Of a DNA stretch of 64,000 nucleotides, positions 49,551 to 61,334 are shown in pieces. The stretch spans positions 8,382,962 to 8,446,961 of the forward strand of contig NC_134034.1 of NCBI RefSeq assembly GCF_964204645.1, read 5' to 3'. The position numbers and the translations under genes were made by a program. Numbering within the stretch: position 1 is the first letter of the stretch; each line of letters opens with the position of its first letter. The notes under the pieces were generated by a model that was not told the DNA's origin, did no database searches, and was given only the letters and a program-made list of their open reading frames with translations. Origin of the DNA: Tubulanus polymorphus (Eukaryota > Animalia > Nemertea).

Positions 49551-50811
49551 AGCAGCAGCAGCAGATAAAAAAGACAAACGCGCAGAGCGCGTTTTTAATG
49601 CTCGAGAGTGGTGGCCACTCTCCTACATTCAGGACGCGTAGGTGCATTATTAATTGCTTGATATGATGATAGATATATGAATTGAACTATTATGAGATGA
49701 ACTAAGGGGGATGTGGGTGGTGTGATATTTGTGTGGATGTGAAGTTACTGGTGGAAGGATTCAAGCAAAGGTGCATACAGAACGGACAGTTATTACTGTT
49801 TAGGCGTTTTTATTTGGTTCGGTCCTTATCAGGAGTTTGTTAGTGATTAGTTATAACAGTTTTTTTTTTTTTTTTTTTTTTTTTTCTTTTTAATATATGT
49901 ATATATATAGTCTTTAAATTCAATTTAATGTTATGTACACAAAAATAGAAGTTTTCTAGTGATTTTCCTCCGTTAAGGGGAGTCGCGAATACTTTGTCTA
50001 TTACTATATACAAAGCTTATAATGTACATTTCTTAGATATGTTAATAAGAGTATATAGTTTTACTGCATATAGTTCGGTTCACGTGACGTGTTGTGTAAG
50101 GAGTAGCGACCTAGATACGGGCTACCTATATAGTTCGTGTAACACAAAGAAATCTTCCATTCAATTCTCCGACTACGCGGGTGTCGGTTCGTAGTAGAGT
50201 ACACGCTATAGAGTTATAGAATTGACTTAAACGCTTCCACGATGTCTGAAGACGGCCATGGACTCGAAATATCGTAAAAGACACTCCTTAGTATCGGGTT
50301 ATTTCGGTTGGAATTTAGGTAATTTTTCGTTAAGAGTTTAAAGCGCTGTTCGACAGTTTCTATTCGAGCTTGCTTATGTAGGTCTGCCGTTCTTGTATAG
50401 CGCGGTCGGCCTAGAATGATTCGTAAACATTTATTTTGGTGTATTTGAAGGCGGTCTAACTGACTACATGGGCAAGTTACCAGTATCGGAGCTCCGTATT
50501 CATAGATTGATCGAATGAGTAATTTAAAAGCAGTGAGTATGTATTCCATTTTTACGCGGTTTCGTTTCAAAATAGCTAGTATTCCAATTCTTTTATTTGC
50601 CTTAATTAATCTCTGTTATTTCCAGATTCCAGCGTAGATTAGACGAAAAAGTAATTCCGAGGAATTTGGTAGAATTTGATAGCGGTATTTGTTGGCCGTG
50701 AACAGTGTGCTCAGTGTATGGGTCGGTATTTGTTAGGCGACTAAAATGTATACTAACACATTTAAGCGCGTTTACTTTTAGCCTCCACATGTCACTCCAT
50801 TGGGTTAGTTT
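49551..50811 (-). mobile_element. I/Jockey-group LINE copy 2 (3' 1.26 kb), same insertion nucleotide as copy 1
   Basis: Junction acaccggcgc|agcagcag is identical to 204|205. Shorter (CTG)n tail; ORF2 C-terminus at 50214-50811 with a 2-bp deletion near 50610. Confidence 0.95.
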
Positions 50812-52297
50812 TGCGATCACCTCCAGTCGGACGTGATCCGGAACCATCAACATCGTCGCCGGTTGTCCTTGAAAAATCCAGAAAGCGTATATCTCCTAGT
50901 GAACACTTTGTTGAGTTTGTTCGCGGGAAGCTGTCACGGACACAAACCAAACAGCAAGAGATGCTATCTTCGCCTGTTCTGAGGAAAGATACAGCAACTA
51001 CGTATGCTGACGTCGTTGCGGTACCACCCGCTGAAAATACAATAAATCATACATCAACTATAGAAGAACCTATAAGTACGGACTCTGTATCCCGAAAGCG
51101 ACCGGCGTGTGAGTCGCCATCAGACGCCGGCCAAAGACAAACAAAGTTCCGTCGGACCGACGAAAATATATGCAGACCAATAATTGCTACGAGAGTAGCG
51201 AAATACATGAACGAACCGACCTTTATAAGGACTCTAGTTAAGGAAATCCCCAACATTAAGATTAAATCCATAAAACGACTCATGTCCGGGGATTACAGAA
51301 TCAACCCAGAATCTTATCGCGACATGAAATTAATTTTAAATTCAAAAGATACAACTTTTTCAAACTACGACATTTCATTTCACAAGTTGGAGAAACCGGC
51401 AGAGTTCATCGTAGTAATTAATAATGTTGCCGAATATAGCGAAAGAGATATAGATATTGCACTAACTGATCACTCAATAACACCGAAATATATAACGAAA
51501 ATGAAATCGGCGTTAACGAACAAAACAACCGACAATTTGCGCTAACTGACAAATCAGATTATAATTTCCTAATAACTAACGGCTTAGAAATTTTCTCCGG
51601 GGTAAAGAAAAGATGCGTCGCGTACAGACGCGCTCCGAGTATTCTACAATGCAGAAAATGCCAAATGTTCGGGCATAACCAATATAGGTGCACAGAAGAA
51701 AACGCGATCTGCGCAAAATGCGCAAAGTACCACCCAACACACGAGTGCTCCATTAAAGAAAATTTCGTCTGTTCAAATTGCGGTGGAGAACACCGAACGT
51801 TTGATAAAGCTTGCACTTTTGTGCAAGAGCAAATACAAAAACAACGCGAGAGATCTAGATCGAGATCAAAATCAAACTCTAGACCCGTTAATACGAAAGA
51901 ACGAAGAAAGCCCGTGCCAACTCCACGTAAGAAAAAGCAAAATTTACCTCAGAAACCCATTCCGTCGGAACAAAATAAAACCCAACCACCAATTCCGAAA
52001 CGCAGATACTCCCTAGATAAACTAAAAGAAACACCGCCATCGAATAAACTTATTACACTAAATGAAACGTCATTCCTATCGCTAATAGCCGACATAATTT
52101 ACAGAGTTCGTATGAATAAAGAGAACAGCTTATCTGACATCTGTGCGAGGATTAGCGAAAGCACACTAGACCACACCTATTTAAAAATCAGTGGTAAAGA
52201 TATATATGATTACACAATCGGCAAAAACTCACACCGGCTGAGTAAGATAGAAATAACGAGACCGTTATCTGCTAGCGATATAAATCTAGCTAAATAG
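50812..52297 (+). pseudogene. LINE ORF1 (gag-like, three CCHC zinc knuckles), frameshifted near 51540
   Basis: QCRKCQMFGHNQYRC, CAKCAKYHPTHEC, CSNCGGEHRTFDKAC. Confidence 0.85.
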
Positions 52298-52360
52298 AAT
52301 CGTAAGCGATGTATTGATTTTAATCTAACACATTAACTTACTTTTAAACAATTATTTAAC

Positions 52361-55126
52361 ATGGCTAAGTCTACTCTGAATATATGTTATTTAAACATAA
52401 ACGGCGTGAAACAAAAATTGCCAGAAGTAACTGAATTACTTTTGAATAAAAATATCGACATTCTTTTCGTAGCCGAAACTAAATGCAAAACGATAAATTT
52501 TAATCCGAAAAATTATAAGAAAATCCATAAGCGGAGGACAGGAAAATCCGGAGGGGGTTTAATGGCTCTATACAACCGTGACCTGTTTATCGAACAACTG
52601 ACTTTTAATTTTAACAGCGACTCAACTGAATATATAGCTTTATCGGTGAAAAATAACGATAACAGTACTTTCAATGTCATAGGGGTTTATTGCCCACCTG
52701 CGAAAATTCTCGAACCACAATTTGTAGATGTCATTGAACGATCGAATCAAAATTTTTTCATTTTGGGTGATTTGAACGCTAAACACCCGATACTCGGTAA
52801 CCGTACGCCTAATACAGCCGGAATTAATCTAACGAACATTATTAATACGCACGGTCTCGTTTCATTAAATACAAAAGACCATACCTATTATGATTACCGC
52901 GTGAGAGGATACACTGATATTCTAGATAGAGCGCTTTGTAGTTCGCTTTGTAGTTCGCACATATTCCCTAAAGTAAACTCTTTTCATGTTTGCGATAGCG
53001 ATCATCGATAGTGATCACCGACCAATTTTAATAAATATTTCTACGCGTCCGAAAGTCATCGAACGCGAACTATATACCGACTTACTGTCTACGAGAAATA
53101 TCGACTGGTCAAAATTCCACGACAACGTATCTGACAAGCTCTCAACGATCGATACAACAAATCTAACTACTAACGAGCAGGTGGAAAATACTTACAGCAA
53201 AATAGAATTAGAAATAATTAACGAAATTAAAAGACAAAATAGCATGGAAAATAATAAAAGATCGAAACGAGTTGACCGCTTACCTCGTAATATAGAATTA
53301 ATAATTAAACGACGACGTTATTTAAAACGAGAATACGTTAAAACGCGTCACACTTATTCAAAATCACAATATAATAGATTAACTCTTGAAATTAGAAAAC
53401 TTATGCGAGACCACAAAAATAACAAGACTAAAAAACTACTAGATGACATAAATACATCGAATCCGAACTCGAGTAAATTCTGGCGAGGTATTTAAAACAT
53501 TAACGGTAACGTTGATAAAATAAGTATTTCGAATTTAGCTTATAACGATCGAACCGCGAGTAACGATAAAGATATCGTCGAACTATACGCCGACTTTTTA
53601 TTCGACGTTTTTCAAACGCCTATTGATCCAAACTTCAGCGATCAACATAAACGTTTCGTAGAAGAATCCAATAGAAACTTCGTATACGAAAATACTGAAG
53701 AAGACACGGGTCATATATTAAACGAAACAATTACTGAACTAGACATAAAACGCTATATCAAACGGTTGATACTTAATAAAGCACCCGGAGAAAATAGAAT
53801 CACGAACGCGATTATTAAAAATTGTCCTCCGATATTTTTAACCCACCTATGTCACATTTTTAACTACTGCCAAAGAAATGGCTACTATATATCATTCTGG
53901 AAGTCTGCGAAAATTACTATGATTCCAAAAGCCGGCAAAGATGCTACACTTTGCAAAAATTTGCGTCCTATTAGTTTAACCAACTCGATCGGCAAAATTT
54001 TTGAAAAAATCATGAACAATAAATTAACAGATTACTTAGAAAAAACCAACTTCTTTACCGAAATACAAGCTGGTTTTCGAAAAGGACATTCGACCATAGA
54101 TCAAATATTAAAAATGTCTCATGATATCGCTAAAGGCCTAAAACGTCGGCAATGCACGCGTGCTACATTTTTCGACCTAGAGAAAGCGTTCGATAAACTT
54201 TGGCACGACGGAATTATCTACAAAATCAATCACTTATCTATCCCAAACAACTTTAAGCTCTTGTTAAAAAATTATCTACAGGGTCGAACTTTTAAAGTCG
54301 CAAACGAAGGATGTATCAGCCAGCCACGGCAAATAAACGCTGGAGTCCCTCAAGGAGGAATTTTCTCGCCGACACTTTTTATCATCTATATAAACGATTT
54401 TCCTTCAGATGTAATTAAAACTAGTCATTATAGTCAATCGTCATTGTTCGCAGACGATATGAGTCTATGGAACACGCACAACGTGAAAATTAAAACAATT
54501 GAAAATCTGCATCAAAAATCGATAGACAAACTAACCCAATGGAGTGACATATGGAGACTAAAAGTAAACGCGCTTAAATGTGTTAGCATACACTTCAGTC
54601 GCCAGATAAATTCCGACCCGTACACTGAGCACACTGTCCACGGCCAACAAATACCGCTATCAATTTCTACCAAATTCCTCGGAATTACCTTTTCGTCTAA
54701 TCTACGCTGGAATCTGGAAATAACAGAGAGATTAATTAGGCAAATAAAAGAATTGGAATATTAGCTATTTTGAAACGAAACAGCGTAAAAATGGAATACA
54801 TACTCACTGCTTTTAAATTACTCATTCGATCAATCTATGAATACGGAGCTCCGATACTGGTAACTTGCCCATGTAGTCAGTTAGACCGCCTTCAAATACA
54901 CCAAAATAAATGTTTACGAATTATTCTAGGCCGACCGCGCTATACAAGAACGGCAGACCTACATAAGCAAGCTCGAATAGAAACTGTCGAACAGCGCTTT
55001 AAACTCTTAACGAAAACGTACCTGAATTCCAACCGAAATAACCCGATACTAAGGAGTGTCTTTTACGATATTTCGAGTCCATGGCCGTCTTCAGATATCG
55101 TGGAAGCGTTTAAGTCAATTCTATAA
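52361..55126 (+). pseudogene. LINE ORF2 (AP endonuclease + RT), broken by frameshifts and a stop
   Basis: YLNINGV, VAETK, LGDLNAKH, SDHRP and RT motifs. 13-bp duplication near 52994, TAA at 53493, frameshifts near 53768 and 54740. Confidence 0.9.
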
Positions 55127-55640
55127 CTCTAAAGCGTGTACTCTACTACGAACCGACACCCGCGTAGTCGGAGAATTGAATGGAAGATTTCTTTTTGTTA
55201 CACGAACTATATAGGTAGCCCGTATCTAGGTCACTACTCCTTACACAACACGTCACGTGAACCGAACTATATGCAGTAGAACTATTTACTCTTCTTAACA
55301 TATCTAAGAAATGTACATTATAAGCTTTGTATATAGTAATTGACAAAGTATTCTAACTATATCGCGACTCCCCTTAACGGAGGAAAATCACTATTTTTGT
55401 GTATCATATTATATACATATATATTTACCATATATTATATCATAGACTCTTGTGATATATACGTATCATACTAATCACTATTTATAGAAATCTCGAAGTA
55501 CTCGTACTTTATTACAACTCCGCTTGACGGAAGAAAACTTCTATTTTTGTGTGTATAACATTAAATTGAATTTAAAAACTATATATAAACATATATTTAA
55601 AAAAAAAAAAAAGAAAAAACTATTATAACTAATCACTAAC

Positions 55641-58535
55641 CATTTTTTAATTCATCATAAAATTGTTCTTTTAATAATTCAGTTATGTTAAAATCATTAT
55701 GATTTTTATAGAAAGAATATGGAATTGCTCCTTCATATCTCATTAATTGAAAATCATCATTATTTTGGTAGTGTTGTTTTAATATTTTTGATTCATCATC
55801 AACTAATGATTTTGATAAGTTATCTAATGAACTATTTAAAAATCTATATGAATCTATAAATCTTAAACACCAAAATTGGAATGATATATAATTCTCAGAT
55901 GTTTTAGCTAACATTCTAAATTTATAAGTTGGTATTTTATCTTTTGGTCTATTTGAATTTAATCTTTCTATTTCATTATTAATTTCTTCTATTTTATGGC
56001 ATAACTGCTTGATGAATAAATGTGCATCATATCCTGATAGATTATGAAATATAACTGGTACAAAGTTAATTTTCTTAGCTTGTAAGTTACAATTCTCATG
56101 TGCAGCGCCTCTAAACTTTCCATTCAAGTGATCATGGTCTCTTACTTTTTTATCTTTATAATTAAATATCTTTTCACAATAATAACATTTATCTGCAAAC
56201 TCAAATGCTTCTTTATCTTCTCCTGTCATTATAATTTCTATATTTGTATTCGATAATTTACTTAATCTTATTTCATATTCAATTAATAAGTCACAAAAAT
56301 GATTGATAACATTTTCATTTCTATAATCATAATATTCACTTTCAATTAGTTCTGGATAATCAGATTTTATATATAACCCGAAAGCTGCAGCTGATTGATG
56401 AATCTTTTTAATTGTATTTGTTTTTGGTGGTTCATCTGAAAAATCATTTTCATTAGAATTTTATTTCTTTCTTTTATAATATATTTCTTTCCTATCTTGA
56501 TCAGTTAGTTCTTTATTTAATGATTCAAAATCTCCATATATTACAAATGGAACTTTATTTTTGTAATCATATTTTTTGAATTCTAATATTTTATCTTTTT
56601 CATTTGGTAAAACTAATTTACAATAATCATGATTTTCACATAATTGTTTATGATTTAATAATGTACTTTCATTACTGAATCTATGTAAACATTTTCTACA
56701 AAGATATATTTCATGGTGATCATTTTCTGATTTAAAAAATAAATCGATTTTATTGAAATCGATAAAGGTTCTAATGTATAATGTTTTATGTTGTTACCTT
56801 TTGTATTTGGTAATTTGATTAAATCAAATACATTTATTCTTGAATTATTATCTCTTTCTATCTTTGGGATGTTTTTAATTCTAACAGGATACTTATCTAT
56901 CTTATAATTATTTTCAAATGGTTTATAATGAGTTACAATCTACAAATATTATAAGTTGCAGGATGTAAACAACTTATTATAGCCCATAGAAAACATTTAT
57001 CATCATCATTTTGTACATTTATTACAGCATTAGTTTTAAATGGTAGTTTAATATAACTCGATGCTTCAATATCTGGTTCTTTATAATATGATACATTATT
57101 TTCATCAATTGGTTTTGATTTAGTTAACTTATTATATTTTGTGTTATAAACATGTAAAGTCATAAATATCATTTCATCAAATATTAAACCAGATCCTTCA
57201 AAATATTTCTCTTCTATTTTAGTTTTTACTTCATTATAACATTTATCTAATTTATCATCTATATGTTGTTTAGATATAATGTTGTGAATGAGAATTTATA
57301 TTATATATTGGTTTATCTTCAGATTTTATAAACTTTACTTTAGAAGATATACTAATTTTAGGATATTCAACATCAGTAATTATTTTTATTATTTCTTTCA
57401 TATTTTCTAAATGTTTTTTATTTTCTTCTAATGTTTTTCCTTTATGAAATTTAAACTCGATAGCTGCTGGGCCAATATCACTTTTAAATGCTTCGGTTAT
57501 CTCTATATCTTTTTTATTATCCAATGAATTAATATATTTTCTTACATCTTCCATGTATGGTCTTTTATTTAATTTATTTTTTATGCTTTTAATTGTCTTC
57601 TGTTTCTTATCATTATCTTTATCAAAATAATCTTCACCTAAAATATCATTATTCTTATTTCTAATATGACTTTTAGATTTTAAATGTTCATTATAATATC
57701 TTTTATCACTGAATGATTGATTACATGTATCACATTTGTATGTTTCTTTTTCATTCTTTAATTCATCTAATTTAGTTTCTAATATATCATCTATATATTC
57801 TAGTTTCAATTTATTCTCTAAATGTGTTTTAGTTTTATTGTGTCTTGCTTTTTGGGATTTATCTATATTGATATTACATGTTGGACAGTAGTACTTATTT
57901 GCTTCGATTTTAATACTAAATTTTTTATTAAAATTGATTTTAGAAGTTCAATAATTTATATCATGTATTATTTCAATCACACTTTACTAACACTTTTAAT
58001 GTTTAAAAATCTAACTCACACAAATATGAATATTGAAATAATGTTGTAAATATATACTTTTATATTGAATAATCTGTCAATTTAAATGTTATTCATTTAC
58101 ATGAATATTTTAAGAGTAATAGGGGTAATGGGCTTTCAGGTTAAAGGTTGAATGGTCGAGTTCATTAAAAACAAATATTAAAAGTAATTTAAAACTATAA
58201 TATATTTTCATAACCGTGTGCATTTAAGTTGAATAATAGAATAATAATTATTATTAAAATATATTTGATTATATGAATTTGTGTATTGTAAATAAATCAA
58301 TTGGTCGCGGAGCGGAGCGGTAGCGAAGTGGAGCGACCAATTGATTTAATACAATATGCTTTTAAAATTTAAATTATTGATATCTTAAGAATATCTTGAG
58401 AATAAATATTTAGTTATAATATAAAATGCACACGGTTATGAAAATATATTATAGTTTTAAATTACTTTTAATATTTGTTTTTAATGAGCTCGACCGTTCG
58501 ACTTTTGATTTGAAAGCCCATTACCCCTATTACTC
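55641..58535 (-). mobile_element. Decayed Polinton/adintovirus-like PolB element (copy A), truncated at the LINE, with a terminal fold-back hairpin
   Basis: Fragments with a zinc finger, NVQNDDDKCFLWAI, VRDHDHLNGKFRGAAHENCN (endonuclease VII-like), FHNLSGYD and RFIDSYRFL; multiple frameshifts. Confidence 0.8.
58114..58535. repeat. ~420 bp imperfect palindrome
   Basis: Outer arms gagtaataggggtaatgggctttca...ccgtgtgcattt and their inverse; inner stem taaatcaattggtcgc/gcgaccaattgattta around a GC-rich loop at 58309-58332. Confidence 0.92.
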
Positions 58536-58720
58536 ATAACAAAAACAAAGTATCATTCATTAAGTTCCCCTGTAGCTAAGTATCTTAAGATGTTTTGGTG
58601 GTATTGTGAAATTGAATTGTTCATTTCTAGGTTTAAGTTAAAACTGATTTTAGTCCCCTCGAGCTCCAACTTGTGCAGAAAACCTGACATCATCATTTTC
58701 CTCATAGACCAAACATTTAC

Positions 58721-60740
58721 CGTGTTTTCAGGGGCTACAATCACCCAGTTACAGTCTAGATTGTGAAAATAGCTCTTCGGGTAGTTAGGGCTGGTTATGA
58801 TGCCTGATCTACCATTCTGTATTATAGGTTTTTTACTACATGTCGAATCAACTACAAATAAATATTGAATTTATTGTTTTATATGTGATTTACTGATTCC
58901 GCGATAAACTTTTCATTATGAGCTACCTCTCCGTAACCGCCAATGAAGTCTAAAACCCGTGTTACTACTAGACCTGTCTGATCTAAACCCGATGACTACA
59001 ATACCTGAATAGTAACGTGTAGGTGGCGCTCTACTGCCGCAATATCTATCCATATTTTCCGCTGTAAAGATAAACATACAAATTAATATTTTCTAGCAGC
59101 CACATCGCAATATTCAATACTCCCTGATGAAGAAATAAATCTGATAAAATTTTATGAATCATTAACGTTGTGAAGTGTTTATATATTACCAGTTTCACTA
59201 TTTATCATCAACTCGTCATAAAAGCAAATGCCCAGTAAAGTTGCTGTACGAAAATTCGCGTCGATTGATATTTCAACCATCTGCAAAAAATATATGAATT
59301 CAGCATTTATTATCGTTTAACAGTGAACATGTATGTATTGTTTACAGGATGTAGGACCCGATATATACAGGGTGTCTCAGAAAATGTGATACACAATTCA
59401 TTAACTACATGTAATTTTAGTTACTTTCTTAGGGAGGGGGGTAAGGTTGGTAGACCTGGATGTTTGCATGTGGATTGATTGGCCCTAGAGTCAAACCAAA
59501 AACTACAGATTGTTCCATTGTGTACGTGTATTGTTAAATGACTAGCTGCTGCCTGTTGAGATATTGATCACTAAATCACTGGATTTCACTTCTTTAAACT
59601 TCTTTCAACCTGTGTAGACTGTGTAAGGTATTCAAAACATATCTCCAACATGAATCGAAAACTTTAGTCTTCGGAAAGTAACAGATTTTGAGAAATACTG
59701 AATCTGATGAGTCAAAATTGTACGATAAAACGTCGACCTCAAGTGAGCAAACAGTCACCATATTGAACAAATCTGGAGCAGCTTAATTTGTAACTAGGAC
59801 CAACAATTTTATTAAGGAGAAATTTGTCTTAGTTAATTTATGTCATGTCTCAAATCATCATGTCATATGACAACAGATCATTTAACAATACACGCACACA
59901 ATGCAATAATCCTTACTTCTTATATCGGTTCAACTCCAACCATTTTAATGGCCATTAATAAAGCGGCGTTCACACGGCAACTAGTTAGACCGGTCTAAAT
60001 GGGTCCGTACCTGGTCCGGTCCAAATTTAGACCGGACAAAATTTTGGTGAGCGTTCACACGGCGTTTTGACATGCGGTGATAAAATCGCTTGTCACCGGG
60101 CCCACAAGATGTCGCCTTCTGCTAAATAATGAATTGCGCCTGGATGAAGTCTTGCTTCCAGATTCCAAGTAGAGCAAGACATTCAATTCGCGTTTCAACA
60201 TTCCATCCTCGAGCAAACATTCAGGTCTACGAACCTTACCGCCCCCCCCCAAAAAAAAATTATTTTCAATTATGATAAATGAATAATTAATTTTCAAGCT
60301 ACGGTAACACATTTTTGAGACGCCCTGTAAATTCAGTTTTGACTTTACTCTAGAGTTATCGATTAAACTAAATCCCGGCTGAATTTAGTCCCCATTGAGC
60401 TCCTACTAGTTCAGTAAACCCGACATCATTTTTCACATAGACCAAATATTTACCGTGTTTTCAGGTGGTGCAGAGACAGAACAGGTTTTCAAAATAGTAG
60501 TTCGGATAGTTAGGGCTGGTTATGACGCCCGATGAACCATTCTGTACTCTAGGTTTTTTACTACATGTCGAATCAACTACAAATAAATATTGAATTGAAT
60601 TGTTTTATATGTAATTTACTGATTCCAATCACCGCCACTGAAGTCTAAAACCTATGTAGCTAAAGAGCTGTCTGACGTAAACTGGATCGGATGTGTATAA
60701 GACCGGAGTAGTAATGTGTAGGTGGTGCAGATCACCTGTC
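58721..60740 (-). pseudogene. Tandem CUB-domain exons of a host gene, probably pseudogenised
   Basis: AG/GT-bounded exons 58721-58851 (CSKKP...GIITSPNYPKSYFHNLDCNWVIVAP), 58927-59045 (YCGSRAPP...FRSDRSSSNTGFRLHW) and 59190-59280 (frameshifted ..YDEL..). Paralogous, frameshifted copies at 60454-60576 and ~60630-60740. Confidence 0.75.
59368..60327. mobile_element. Tc1/mariner-type non-autonomous element in a CUB intron
   Basis: TA|CAGGGTGTCTCAGAAAATGTG ... CACATTTTTGAGACGCCCTG|TA; a second inner inverted segment at ~59437 and ~60212-60250. Confidence 0.8.
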
Positions 60741-60797
60741 ACCACAGTTAAATGGTCACAACACTAACCAGACAAATATCTAAGACATCAAACATTA

Positions 60798-60845
60798 TGG
60801 CCTAGTGGTTAGCGTAATCGCCCGGAGGTCCTGGGTTCGAGGCTT
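60798..60845 (+). mobile_element. tRNA-derived SINE head or tRNA pseudogene fragment
   Basis: A box TGGCCTAGTGG and B box GGTTCGA, with no complete cloverleaf. Confidence 0.5.
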
Positions 60846-61186
60846 AGGATAGGCTTGTAACCTCTTCTAGCTAGGTGCTGATAAGTTCCCGCGATAGAAA
60901 TATCTTTTGTTTTTGATTAACTAAATCTGTTTTTAATCTATTAAATTATGTATATAGTGGTTTTAAAACTTATTGTCAATTCTCCTAACATCAGTTTGAC
61001 CGGTGCCATTCTACCAACAGGTAGTTTCTGTTCTGAGAAAACCTGTTCTTTCTATTGAAATAAACAACTGTCCTTGAAACGAGTACCGGAACAACGCGTC
61101 GTACTGGCCGTTTAGTGAGGTAATAAAGTGACGTAGAGAGAATCCGACAATTATAACGAAAAAGTCCGAAAATGTAACTTCGAGAT

Positions 61187-61307
61187 TGTAGTTTATTTCA
61201 ACGTTTCGACTTTATCCTAATAGTCATCTTCAGGAATACTGTATTCCTTGAGCTAGTGTAGTTTATTTAACGTTTCGACTATATCCTAATAGTCATCTTC
61301 AGGAATA
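61187..61307 (-). ncRNA. Two tandem minimal hammerhead-ribozyme-like motifs (Penelope/retrozyme type), probably degenerate
   Basis: Minus strand TATTC-CTGAAGA-T-GACT..AGTC-GAAA-CGTT at 61187-61238 and 61257-61307. Confidence 0.6.
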
Positions 61308-61334
61308 ATGAGATACTACAAAAATTATGAGATA

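Larger units (their letters stand above)
50812..55640 (+). mobile_element. I/Jockey-group LINE copy 3: near full length, decayed, head-to-head with copy 2, lacking the terminal ~295 bp
   Basis: ORF1 + ORF2 + 3' UTR + A-tract (55599-55619). Homologous to copy 1 from ~53403 onward. Confidence 0.93.

Noticed and set aside
59704-59735. CTGATGA...hammerhead-like sequence inside the Tc1 MITE
   Set aside because: Stem II and the GAAA core are not properly formed; single copy.
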